This document shows, one piece after another, positions 55,746-64,000 of a DNA stretch of 64,000 nucleotides. The notes beneath the pieces are model-generated. The model worked only from the letters and a program-made list of their open reading frames with translations. It was not told where the DNA came from and made no database searches. The stretch is from Tidjanibacter sp. (lineage in GTDB: Bacteria > Bacteroidota > Bacteroidia > Bacteroidales > Rikenellaceae): NCBI GenBank assembly GCA_045596685.1, contig JAZOCT010000001.1:4870-68869 (forward strand), written 5' to 3'. Position 1 is the first letter of the stretch. Each line of letters begins with the position of its first letter. The translations under genes and the position numbers were made by a program.

Positions 55746-56582
55746 ATGAAGAGATTTTGTGATTTTATACGGATTGCAGTGGTGCTGATGGTCGGTGCTC
55801 TGGCGTGGGCGTGTAGTGCGGATTACGAGCCGATGGGGGACGCCGCACCAGAGGCTAATGGCGAATATATTACCGCTTTCGGTGTGCTATCTTCCTCCTA
55901 TTCGACCATCACAACCGACTCCAATGTGGTGCTCTTTATTGCCGAAATTGGAGAGCAAACCTCTGTTGAGGAGTTGGAAAGTAAAAGCGGGCGTGTGATG
56001 TTCAACTATACGATTTTGGGCAATAACCCCGCAGGCGGATTTTTCGTGAGGCTCAACCGATTCTATCCGTTGGTAGTTAAGGATATGGAGGTCTTTACTC
56101 CCGAGGATAAGGCCACAAGGTCATCCACACCAAGTGGTGGCGCGTGGTTGGAGGATGAGAACTTCACCTCAATTCTCGACGCTCCTTATATGCCCTTTGA
56201 GGCGAGTGTGGGGGGCGGATATATCAATGTGAATGTCTGCTACCTCTCGACCAAGAGCGAGAGTGAGGAGGTGCCCGATGTGGACCTCTACTACGACACT
56301 GTGGTCTCCACCGCAGATACGGCTGTATTCCAACTTGTAGGCGATGATGAGGAGGAGATGTATGAGGAGGGGGCTGTGGCACGCTTCCAATGGTTCTCCT
56401 TCCGCATTGTGGAGCAGATGGAGGAGGCCTTGCAGGGGGTGAATCTCTACGCTTTCTATTGGCGTTGGTGGGAGAATCAAGACGAACCACTGCTGGGTAC
56501 CAAAGAGTATACGAGTGTGCTGAATAACGATACTGTTGGTGGTGGTGCGACGGGTAGAGTGATGGCGTTCAGCGAGTTGTGA
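55746..56582 (+). CDS. lipoprotein, possibly NigD-like
   Basis: Lipobox LAWAC. The size and beta-rich pattern resemble NigD-like proteins. The assignment is from memory only. Confidence 0.4.
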   Translation: MKRFCDFIRIAVVLMVGALAWACSADYEPMGDAAPEANGEYITAFGVLSSSYSTITTDSNVVLFIAEIGEQTSVEELESKSGRVMFNYTILGNNPAGGFFVRLNRFYPLVVKDMEVFTPEDKATRSSTPSGGAWLEDENFTSILDAPYMPFEASVGGGYINVNVCYLSTKSESEEVPDVDLYYDTVVSTADTAVFQLVGDDEEEMYEEGAVARFQWFSFRIVEQMEEALQGVNLYAFYWRWWENQDEPLLGTKEYTSVLNNDTVGGGATGRVMAFSEL

Positions 56583-56606
56583 TAATGACACACTTGGTAG
56601 AACCAT

Positions 56607-56635
56607 AAAAAAGGAGGTCTTGTGACCTCCTTTTT
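56607..56635. terminator. bidirectional hairpin terminator
   Basis: aaaaaaggaggtc-ttgt-gacctccttttt, between the lipoprotein gene and the convergent tRNA-Gln. Confidence 0.7.
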
Positions 56636-56637
56636 AG

Positions 56638-56708
56638 TTGGGCTGCACGGACTCGAACCATGAATAACAGGACCAGAATCTGTTGTGTTACCATTACACC
56701 ACAGCCCA
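56638..56708 (-). tRNA. tRNA-Gln (anticodon CTG)
   Basis: Hand-folded 71-nt cloverleaf. Acceptor tgggctg/cagccca, anticodon loop TTCTGGT, T-arm catgg-ttcgagt-ccgtg. There is one A-C mismatch at pair 31-39. Confidence 0.8.
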
Positions 56709-56801
56709 ATAGCGAGTGCAAAAGTACTACTTTTTTCAAAAAGTGCAAGCGTTTGAGTAAAAATTTTTTCTTCGACCACCAATTTTCACTCCCATTATTT
56801 A

Positions 56802-57035
56802 CGGGTATCTTTTTTAATACCCGCGACTAAAAAACAGACCTCACCCGCCTTCGGCACTGCTCGGTGAGGACACCGAGCGCAATTACGACCACCCCTCCAA
56901 ACCTCCCCTATCGTAGGGGAGGCTTGACAGACCTCACCCGCCTTCGGCACCCTCTCCTAACTTATGAGAGGGTTTTTTCCTACAAAATTAGAGGTCCCAC
57001 CCCTTTGTTCTCGGGTGTCTTTTTTAATACCCGAG
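56802..57035. repeat. hairpin and repeat cluster upstream of the polysaccharide locus
   Basis: GGGTAT hairpins at 56802-56825 and 57010-57035. cagacctcacccgccttcggcac occurs twice (56834, 56927). Also present are hairpin ccctctcctaacttatgagaggg and hairpins gctcggtg..caccgagc and cctcccct..aggggagg. Confidence 0.85.
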
Positions 57036-57162
57036 AATAAGGAAAGGAATCCTTAACATTAAACGCTAAAAACAGCCCCCAAAATGCGCAAAAATCCCCA
57101 CAAGATGTGCAATTTTTCCATAGGGGGGGGGTAAAATCAAAGGTAAGAAATTGAAAAAAATA

Positions 57163-57194
57163 TTTGTTATTGTAAATAAAAAATCATAAATTTG
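57163..57194 (+). promoter_or_regulatory. candidate sigma-A promoter of the polysaccharide locus
   Basis: TTTG (57163-57166), N20, then TAAATTTG (57187-57194). This leaves a leader of about 265 nt before the upxY-like gene. Confidence 0.4.
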
Positions 57195-57461
57195 TAGTCG
57201 CATACTTCCACACTTTTCACGAAGTAGAGCAATACAAAATCGTACGCTTTGCCCACAACAACGGGCGCAACTAATTGGTAATCATTATATTATATGGTTG
57301 CCAATGTCCCCAGATTATACCCTGACGCGAACTCACAGAGGGATGCCGAAGGTGCAAAAATCGCACCCCAAAAGTGACCTTTCAATGGGGTAGGTGGCGC
57401 GCACACAAGAAAAAAGTGTACAATTGTTGCTCACGCGCGAGTGCAAAGCCGATAGAAAAAT

Positions 57462-58040
57462 ATGGAAAATCCTAACCATCAAACCCAACATTCCAACCCT
57501 CTATTCAACGTGGAGTGGTATGTGATGAGGGTGACCTATCAGCGCGAATTGGTAGCACGCAGGCTTTTGGAGGATATGGGCATTGAGTGTTTCGTGCCCA
57601 CCGAAAAGGTCAAAAGGCGCAAAACGGGTGGAGGGTATCTCTGGCGCGAGGTGGCAAAGGTCCACAACTACATCTTTGTGCGCACCTCGATTGCAGAGTT
57701 GCAGGAGATAAAAACCACGAAAATTCAGTACCTGCGTTTTATGATGGCAAATGGGGAGGATGGGCGACCCACACCCCAATATGTACCTGCCGACCAGATG
57801 GCAAATTTTATGGAGATTAGCCGTAGTGAGGGTGCAAGGTATTTGGAGCCGGATGTAAAATTCAGCGTAGGTGACAAGGTGAGGATTCTCGTGGGGCCCC
57901 TCAAAGGGGTGGAGGGCATCTACACCCGCACAACCGCCCGCCACGAAAGGCGCGTAGTGGTACAAATTGAGGGTGTCGCCGCCATCGCCACCGCCACCTA
58001 CCTCGCCTCCGAGGTGGAAAAGGTGGAGGAAAAGAAGTAA
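57462..58040 (+). CDS. UpxY-family (NusG-like) transcription antiterminator
   Basis: 192 aa, with an NGN-like segment WYVMRVTYQRELVARRLLEDMGIECFVP and KOW-like segment GDKVRILVGPLKGVEGIY. It is the first gene of the sugar-nucleotide cluster. Confidence 0.75.
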   Translation: MENPNHQTQHSNPLFNVEWYVMRVTYQRELVARRLLEDMGIECFVPTEKVKRRKTGGGYLWREVAKVHNYIFVRTSIAELQEIKTTKIQYLRFMMANGEDGRPTPQYVPADQMANFMEISRSEGARYLEPDVKFSVGDKVRILVGPLKGVEGIYTRTTARHERRVVVQIEGVAAIATATYLASEVEKVEEKK

Positions 58041-58102
58041 GAATTGTCGATATAACTTCCAAAAGAAGTTTGAGTTATAAACCTTTTAAACCACAATAAG
58101 AG

Positions 58103-60052
58103 ATGAAAAGGTCTTTGAAAAATAGGTATTTGAGCCACTGGATTGTGTTACTTATTGACACAGCCATAACACTTGTCGCATCCATTGTAGCCATTCTTAC
58201 TGCCAAATACTTCATTGGAGGGGTGGTTATTACAAAGGAGAACGCCGTATGGATGGTTGCTGTATCGCTCGGTGTAAACCTGTTATGTTTCTTCATTTTC
58301 AGGACATATCGTCACATCATACGCCACTCTACCCTCAAAGGGCTACTCTCGTTGGGTGTGGCGCAGTTGTTGAAATCCGCCCTATTCATAACTCTACTAC
58401 ACATCGTACCCACCATCAATATGAGCGACAAGGTGATTCTGTTGGTTGTGGGATTCGACCTATTGCTTTCGGTTGTGGGTCTGGTAGCGGTCAGGGTTGC
58501 GATGATTGTGGTTTATGAGTGGGTTGTTGTTCACTCCCACGACAAGCGTCGTCGAGTGTTGGTCTACGGCATCAATGACAAAAGCGTGGCTCTCACAACC
58601 CGCCTTTTCAATAGTTCCCACTACCGAATCGTGGGTTTCATAACCTACGGAAACCGAATGAGTGCCTACAAAGTGTCGGAACACAAAACATATTTCTTCC
58701 GTACCGAAGAAGAGTTGGAAAAAGTTTTGCGCACAAGCAGGGCCGATGCGCTGTTGTTTGCCACCGATGAGGATGTGAAAACCGAGAAAGACCGCCTGAT
58801 AAAGTACTGCGAAAAGCGCAAAGAGGATGCCATCAAAGTTCTTGTGGCTCCACAGTTGGGCGAGGTATATGGTGATAGCATCAACAAGATGAAGATGCGT
58901 AACATCCGCATCGAGGACCTCTTGGGCAGGGATGAAATTACGATTAACCGCGAAGAGATATACAACAATTTTCACGGTAAAAGGGTGATGGTTACTGGTG
59001 GCGCGGGCAGTATCGGTAGCGAGATTTGCCGACAGATGGCAGACCTCGGCGTTGCTCGTCTGATTGTTTTTGATATGGCAGAAACCCCTCTCCACGAAAT
59101 ACGTTTGGAGTTGGAGCGTAAGTACCCCAACCTCGACCTTGTCCCATTCATTGGTGATGTGCGCTCTGCAAAACGTCTGCAAGTTGCCTTTGATCGCTAT
59201 CAACCAGAGGTGGTGTTCCACGCCGCAGCATACAAACACGTTCCACTGATGGAGGAGAATCCTTGCGAGGCTATTTTGAGCAACGTATATGGTTCGAAAA
59301 ACGTCGCAGACCTGTGTGTGAGAAACGGTATCGAAAGAATGGTTATGATTTCCACAGACAAGGCTGTAAACCCCACTAATGTAATGGGTTGCTCGAAGCG
59401 TCTGGCAGAAATCTACTGTCAAAGTCTGGGCGTGGCAATCGAGAATGGCACAAGGGTGGGTAAAACCAAATTTGTTACCACTCGTTTTGGCAACGTGCTC
59501 GGTAGCAATGGTAGTGTAATTCCCCACTTCCGCAAACAAATTGAAGAGGGAGGTCCCGTTACTGTTACTCACCCCAAGATAAATCGTTTCTTTATGACCA
59601 TTCCCGAAGCGTGTAGGCTTGTGATGGAAGCCGCAACAATGAGTAATGGCAATGAAATTTTCGTCTTCGAAATGGGCGAGCCTGTAATGATTGTCGACTT
59701 GGCAGAAAAGATGATTAAACTCGCTGGATATATTCCCAATAAAGACATTGAGATTAAATTCACCGGTCTGCGTTCGGGTGAGAAACTCTACGAAGAGGTG
59801 CTCTCCAATGAGGAGAACACAATCCCCACCGAGCACAAGAAAATTAAAATCGCAAAGGTTAGGGAGTATGATTTCGATACCGTAGAGGAGCAATATGACG
59901 ATATTATCGAAATTGCGAAAGGTGGTAACGTAATGAACGCTGTTCGCCATATGAAGATGATTGTTCCCGAGTTCAAGAGTAACAACTCGGTATTCGAAGA
60001 ATTGGACAAAGAACTCGAAGAGGCGCAAATGCAACAAGACAAAATCGCATAA
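58103..60052 (+). CDS. membrane-anchored NDP-sugar 4,6-dehydratase/epimerase (CapD/WbpM/PglF-like)
   Basis: 649 aa, with N-terminal TM helices, a Rossmann motif [11 protein letters not shown] and a YKHVP-type catalytic region. Confidence 0.8.
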   Translation: MKRSLKNRYLSHWIVLLIDTAITLVASIVAILTAKYFIGGVVITKENAVWMVAVSLGVNLLCFFIFRTYRHIIRHSTLKGLLSLGVAQLLKSALFITLLHIVPTINMSDKVILLVVGFDLLLSVVGLVAVRVAMIVVYEWVVVHSHDKRRRVLVYGINDKSVALTTRLFNSSHYRIVGFITYGNRMSAYKVSEHKTYFFRTEEELEKVLRTSRADALLFATDEDVKTEKDRLIKYCEKRKEDAIKVLVAPQLGEVYGDSINKMKMRNIRIEDLLGRDEITINREEIYNNFHGKRVMVTGGAGSIGSEICRQMADLGVARLIVFDMAETPLHEIRLELERKYPNLDLVPFIGDVRSAKRLQVAFDRYQPEVVFHAAAYKHVPLMEENPCEAILSNVYGSKNVADLCVRNGIERMVMISTDKAVNPTNVMGCSKRLAEIYCQSLGVAIENGTRVGKTKFVTTRFGNVLGSNGSVIPHFRKQIEEGGPVTVTHPKINRFFMTIPEACRLVMEAATMSNGNEIFVFEMGEPVMIVDLAEKMIKLAGYIPNKDIEIKFTGLRSGEKLYEEVLSNEENTIPTEHKKIKIAKVREYDFDTVEEQYDDIIEIAKGGNVMNAVRHMKMIVPEFKSNNSVFEELDKELEEAQMQQDKIA

Positions 60053-60056
60053 ACCT

Positions 60057-61379
60057 ATGAAAATTGCAGTAGCAGGAACGGGATATGTGGGGCTTTCGAT
60101 AGCCACACTTTTGGCACAGCACAACGAGGTTGTGGCTGTGGATGTCGTGCCAGAAAAGGTGGAATTAATCAACAACAAAAAATCACCTATTCAGGACGAC
60201 TATATCGAGGATTACCTCGCCAACAAACCTCTCAATCTGAAAGCAACACTCGATGGCAAACGCGCATATCGCGATGCCGAAATAGTGGTCATCGCCGCAC
60301 CTACCAACTACGACTCACAGCGAAACTTCTTTGATACTCACCACATTGAGGATGTTATCGACCTCGTTTTGGAGGTTAATCCCGACGCAGTGATGGTTAT
60401 CAAATCAACAATCCCTGTGGGCTATTGTCGCTCGCTGTATGTAAAGTACGCATTCCGTTTCCTCACCGATGAGACTCTGCGTGGCAAGAAGTTCAACCTT
60501 CTTTTCTCACCCGAGTTTCTGCGCGAGAGCAAGGCTCTCTACGACAACCTCTACCCCTCGCGTATAATTGTGGGCATTCCCAAACTTATTGACCGCGAGC
60601 AGTTTGCAGGTGAAAATAAGGCCATCGAAACCATCGCTGACATTCCCGCGCTGGAAAAAGCCGCTCATAAATTTGCCGAGTTGCTCCAACAAGGTGCCAT
60701 AAAAAGCGACATTCCTACCCTCTTTATGGGTATGAAGGAGGCAGAGGCTGTGAAACTTTTTGCCAATACATACTTGGCACTCCGCGTGAGTTATTTCAAC
60801 GAACTCGACACCTACGCGGAGATGAAAGGTCTTGATACACAGGAGATTATCAATGGTGTTTGTCTTGACCCACGCATTGGTTCGCACTACAATAATCCCT
60901 CGTTTGGCTATGGTGGCTACTGTCTGCCCAAAGATACCAAACAACTCTTGGCAAACTACGATGCCGTACCACAGAATATGATGTCGGCAATTGTGGACAG
61001 CAACCGCACACGCAAGGATTTCATCGCCGATCAGGTGCTGGCAAAGGCGGGATACTACACTGCATCGAGCGCTTGGAATGCTGCAAAAGAGCAAGAGGTC
61101 GTAGTGGGCGTTTATAGGCTCACAATGAAGGCCGGCTCGGACAACTTCCGTCAGAGTGCCATTCAGGGTGTAATGAAAAGAGTGAAGGCAAAGGGCGCAA
61201 AGGTTATCATTTATGAGCCCACATTGGAGAATGGTTCTACCTTCTTTGGCTCGGAGGTAGTGGGCGATCTGGCGGAGTTCAAGGCTCGCTCACAGGCCAT
61301 CATAGCCAACCGCTACGAGAGCGTGCTCGACGATGTGATTGACAAGGTGTACACACGCGATATTTTCAAGAGGGATTAG
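60057..61379 (+). CDS. ugd: UDP-glucose 6-dehydrogenase
   Basis: I placed the start at [23 protein letters not shown] provides the catalytic Cys context. Confidence 0.85.
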   Translation: MKIAVAGTGYVGLSIATLLAQHNEVVAVDVVPEKVELINNKKSPIQDDYIEDYLANKPLNLKATLDGKRAYRDAEIVVIAAPTNYDSQRNFFDTHHIEDVIDLVLEVNPDAVMVIKSTIPVGYCRSLYVKYAFRFLTDETLRGKKFNLLFSPEFLRESKALYDNLYPSRIIVGIPKLIDREQFAGENKAIETIADIPALEKAAHKFAELLQQGAIKSDIPTLFMGMKEAEAVKLFANTYLALRVSYFNELDTYAEMKGLDTQEIINGVCLDPRIGSHYNNPSFGYGGYCLPKDTKQLLANYDAVPQNMMSAIVDSNRTRKDFIADQVLAKAGYYTASSAWNAAKEQEVVVGVYRLTMKAGSDNFRQSAIQGVMKRVKAKGAKVIIYEPTLENGSTFFGSEVVGDLAEFKARSQAIIANRYESVLDDVIDKVYTRDIFKRD

Positions 61380-61385
61380 TGCAAT

Positions 61386-62444
61386 ATGAAAGTATTAGTT
61401 ACGGGAGCCGCAGGTTTCATAGGCTCCAACCTGGTAGAGAGATTACTCACCACCGAAAGCCCCATTGAGATTGTGGGCCTCGACAGCGTGAACGACTATT
61501 ACGATGTGAGCATCAAGGAGTATCGTCTGCGCAATTTGGAGGCACTCGCTGCGCAATATCCAGAGAGTAGGTGGGAGTTTGTGAAGGGCAATTTGGCCGA
61601 CAAAGCACTCATTGATAGGCTCTTTGAGGAGAACGACTTTGAAGTGGTTGTGAATCTCGCAGCCCAAGCGGGCGTGCGCTACTCCATTACCAATCCCGAT
61701 GCCTACATTGAGAGCAATCTGATTGGTTTCTACAATATTTTGGAGGCTTGCCGCCATAGTTATGACGGAGGCAAGAGGGGTGTGCAGCACCTCGTTTATG
61801 CCTCGTCGAGTTCTGTGTATGGCAGCAACAAGAAAGTCCCCTACTCCACTGATGATAAGGTAGATAACCCCGTAAGTCTCTACGCTGCAACCAAGAAGAG
61901 CAATGAACTTTTGGCCCACTCGTACAGCAAACTCTACAACATTCCCTCGACAGGTTTGAGGTTCTTCACGGTCTATGGTCCCGCAGGTAGGCCCGATATG
62001 GCATACTTCGGCTTCACGAATATGTTGCGCAAGGGCGAAACCATCAAAATCTTCAACTACGGCAACTGCAAGAGGGACTTCACCTATGTGGATGACATCG
62101 TGGAGGGCGTTCAGCGTGTGATGCACAAAGCGCCCGAGCGTAGAGTTGGAGAGGATGGACTGCCCGAGCCTCCCTATGCTGTATATAACATAGGTAACAG
62201 CAACCCCGAAAACCTATTGGATTTTGTGGACATATTGCAACAGGAATTGGTGAGAGCGGGCGTACTGCTCGAGGATTACGACTTCGAGTCGCACAAGGAA
62301 CTCGTGGCAATGCAGCCCGGTGATGTGCCCGTGACGTTTGCGGACACGAGTGCATTGGAGCGCGACTTCGGCTTTAAGCCCCACACCCCACTGCGCGAAG
62401 GCCTGCGCAAATTTGCCGAGTGGTACAAAGAGTTTTACGGATAA
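61386..62444 (+). CDS. NAD-dependent epimerase, UDP-glucuronate 4-epimerase-like
   Basis: 352 aa, with VTGAAGFIGSN, SSSSVYG and YAATK motifs. It lies immediately after ugd. Confidence 0.75.
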   Translation: MKVLVTGAAGFIGSNLVERLLTTESPIEIVGLDSVNDYYDVSIKEYRLRNLEALAAQYPESRWEFVKGNLADKALIDRLFEENDFEVVVNLAAQAGVRYSITNPDAYIESNLIGFYNILEACRHSYDGGKRGVQHLVYASSSSVYGSNKKVPYSTDDKVDNPVSLYAATKKSNELLAHSYSKLYNIPSTGLRFFTVYGPAGRPDMAYFGFTNMLRKGETIKIFNYGNCKRDFTYVDDIVEGVQRVMHKAPERRVGEDGLPEPPYAVYNIGNSNPENLLDFVDILQQELVRAGVLLEDYDFESHKELVAMQPGDVPVTFADTSALERDFGFKPHTPLREGLRKFAEWYKEFYG

Positions 62445-62456
62445 ACAAAAAGATAA

Positions 62457-63599
62457 ATGAAAGATTACCAATATCATATCTTTTCGCCCTACCGCGTGTG
62501 CCCTCTGGGTGCGCACGTTGACCACCAGCACGGCTTGGTGAGCGGTTTCGCCTTCGACAAAGGTGTGGATTTCTGGTTCAACCCCACCGACGACGGCATC
62601 GTAAGGCTCAAAAGCCTTACCTTCCCCGGTGAGGCAGAGTTCCCCATCGACGACCTCGTAAGGGTAAAACAGGGGCATTGGAGCGACTATGCACGCGGCG
62701 CTAAATATGCTCTCTCAAAGAGATTTAAGTTGCGTCGTGGTGTGGAGGGAGTAATCAAAGGCTCGCTCCCCATCGGTGGTCTCTCATCGAGTGCTGCGGT
62801 ACTTACTGCTTATGTGATGGCGCTGGCAAAGGCAAACGATATCGAACTCACAAAGATGGAGGTAATCCGCATCGCCTCCGAAGCGGAGAGGGAGTATATC
62901 GGTCTGAACAACGGTATCTTGGACCAATCGTGTATCGTGTTGAGCGAGAAGGATTCGCTCCTGTTCCTCGACACCGCAACGGAGGAATATCGCGTAATTC
63001 CGAAGAACCCTAAAATGCCCGACTTCCACCTCGGAATCTTCTTCTCGGGACTGACCCGCTCGCTTGTGTCGAGCGACTACAACTTGCGCGTAAGCGAGTG
63101 TAAGGCGGCGGCTTGGAATATGCTCGCCTATACCGACCAACCACTCAAAACCCTCGATAAGACCTTCCTGCGTGATGTGCCACGCGAAACCTACGAGGCC
63201 ACAAAAGATAGGATGCCAGCAAGGTTTGCACGCCGTGCCGAGCACTTCTACTCGGAGTACAAGCGTGTCCGCAAGGGTGTAACTGCTTGGGAAGCAGGCA
63301 ACTTGGAACTCTTTGGCAAACTCTCATTCGAGAGTTGCGAGAGTTCGATTCACAACTACGAGTGCGGTTCGCCCGAACTTATAGCCATTTATGAGATTAT
63401 GCGCGACCTGGACGGTGTCTACGGTGGTCGCTTCTCTGGCGCTGGTTTTAAGGGTGCTTGCATTGCCCTCGTGGACCCCGCAAAGGAGGAGTCCATCCGC
63501 GAGAAACTGACCGCCGAGTACCTCCGTCGCTTCCCCGAGTACGAGGGCACCTTCGAGGTACACTTCTGCAAGACCGACGACGGCGCACGATTTGTGTAA
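62457..63599 (+). CDS. GHMP-family sugar 1-kinase (galactokinase-like)
   Basis: 380 aa, with the GHMP motif LPIGGLSSSAAV and a galactokinase-like N-terminus PYRVCPLGAHVDHQHG. Confidence 0.65.
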   Translation: MKDYQYHIFSPYRVCPLGAHVDHQHGLVSGFAFDKGVDFWFNPTDDGIVRLKSLTFPGEAEFPIDDLVRVKQGHWSDYARGAKYALSKRFKLRRGVEGVIKGSLPIGGLSSSAAVLTAYVMALAKANDIELTKMEVIRIASEAEREYIGLNNGILDQSCIVLSEKDSLLFLDTATEEYRVIPKNPKMPDFHLGIFFSGLTRSLVSSDYNLRVSECKAAAWNMLAYTDQPLKTLDKTFLRDVPRETYEATKDRMPARFARRAEHFYSEYKRVRKGVTAWEAGNLELFGKLSFESCESSIHNYECGSPELIAIYEIMRDLDGVYGGRFSGAGFKGACIALVDPAKEESIREKLTAEYLRRFPEYEGTFEVHFCKTDDGARFV

Positions 63600-63618
63600 G
63601 TGATTAGAATTTAAGTAA

Positions 63619-64000
63619 ATGAAGAATATCGTAATAGCCGCAGGATATGCGACACGATTGGGCGAACTGACCAAAAATTTTCCCAAGCCACTGCTGAAAA
63701 TAGGCGAAAGCACGATTTTGGGGCGTATGCTCGATGATATCGACACCATACCCGAGATTGACGAGCATATAATCATCACCAACCACAAGTTTGCACCCAT
63801 CTTTGAGGAGTGGGCAGCGGGCTTGAACTATACCAAACCCGTGACCATTGTGGACGATGGCACCGAGACCAACGACACCCGTTTGGGTGCGGTGTGCGAC
63901 TTGCTGTTCGCGATGGAGAAATTGGGTGTGGATGACGATATGTTAGTTGTGGCAGCAGATAACCTGCTGTTTTTCAGCTTCAAGGAGTTTGTCGATTTCG
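63619..64000 (+). CDS. sugar-phosphate nucleotidyltransferase (3' end lies outside the window)
   Basis: I translated this by hand; it is not in the ORF track because it runs off the window. MKNIVIAAGYATRLGELTKNFPKPLLKIG is the G-x-G-x-R-L NTP-transferase motif. Confidence 0.7.
   Translation, partial: MKNIVIAAGYATRLGELTKNFPKPLLKIGESTILGRMLDDIDTIPEIDEHIIITNHKFAPIFEEWAAGLNYTKPVTIVDDGTETNDTRLGAVCDLLFAMEKLGVDDDMLVVAADNLLFFSFKEFVDF

Noticed and set aside
57040-57460. Invertible (phase-variable) promoter in front of the UpxY gene, as in Bacteroides CPS loci.
   Set aside because: By eye I found no pair of inverted repeats flanking the candidate promoter. There is only an 11-nt direct repeat, gcgagtgcaaa, at 56712 and 57437, and there is no nearby recombinase gene. 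A computational inverted-repeat search is still needed.

Overview
The window looks like a chromosomal segment from a Bacteroidales (Bacteroidota) genome. The evidence is gene content: a V-type ATPase operon with a DUF2764 gene, a UpxY-type NusG paralog heading a polysaccharide locus, an S46 dipeptidyl-peptidase, DUF4301/DUF2723/GSCFA genes, and TTTG/TAnnTTTG-type promoters. About 85% of it is densely packed housekeeping genes: typA, ntpEABDIK, murB, tilS, holA, recX, prmC, maf, lpxB, trmD, rlmD, cdd, plsX-rpmF, thiL, adk, cysS, ispE, lysC, dapD and birA. There are three tRNAs (Val-TAC, Arg-CCT, Gln-CTG). I found no rRNA, CRISPR array, transposase or integrase.

Five things stand out.

1. A visibly AT-rich islet of about 3 kb (about 26.3-29.3 kb) has its own consensus promoter. 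It carries a translationally coupled pair, an ABC/SMC-type ATPase and a 162-aa protein I cannot place. This is my best candidate for an uncharacterised defence or abortive-infection module.
2. Next to it is an operon encoding a lipoprotein, a radical-SAM/SPASM enzyme and a membrane protein. Its upstream region shares a 32-nt motif (27/32 identical) with the region upstream of an ECF sigma factor gene 24 kb away.
3. A structured palindromic repeat of about 125 nt occurs at least 5 times. It has a conserved apical hairpin and internal loop, and its helices differ between copies in a compensatory way.
4. An 88-nt element with terminal inverted repeats is present as an inverted pair bracketing a 5-kb segment of outer-membrane and oxidative-stress genes.
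5. The intergenic regions hold an unusual modular set of heptamer and nonamer tandem arrays fused to CGCGGG-type hairpins, plus an 11-bp/43-bp phased repeat array upstream of a gpx-marR operon.

All protein calls come from motif and family recognition by eye. No database search was possible.
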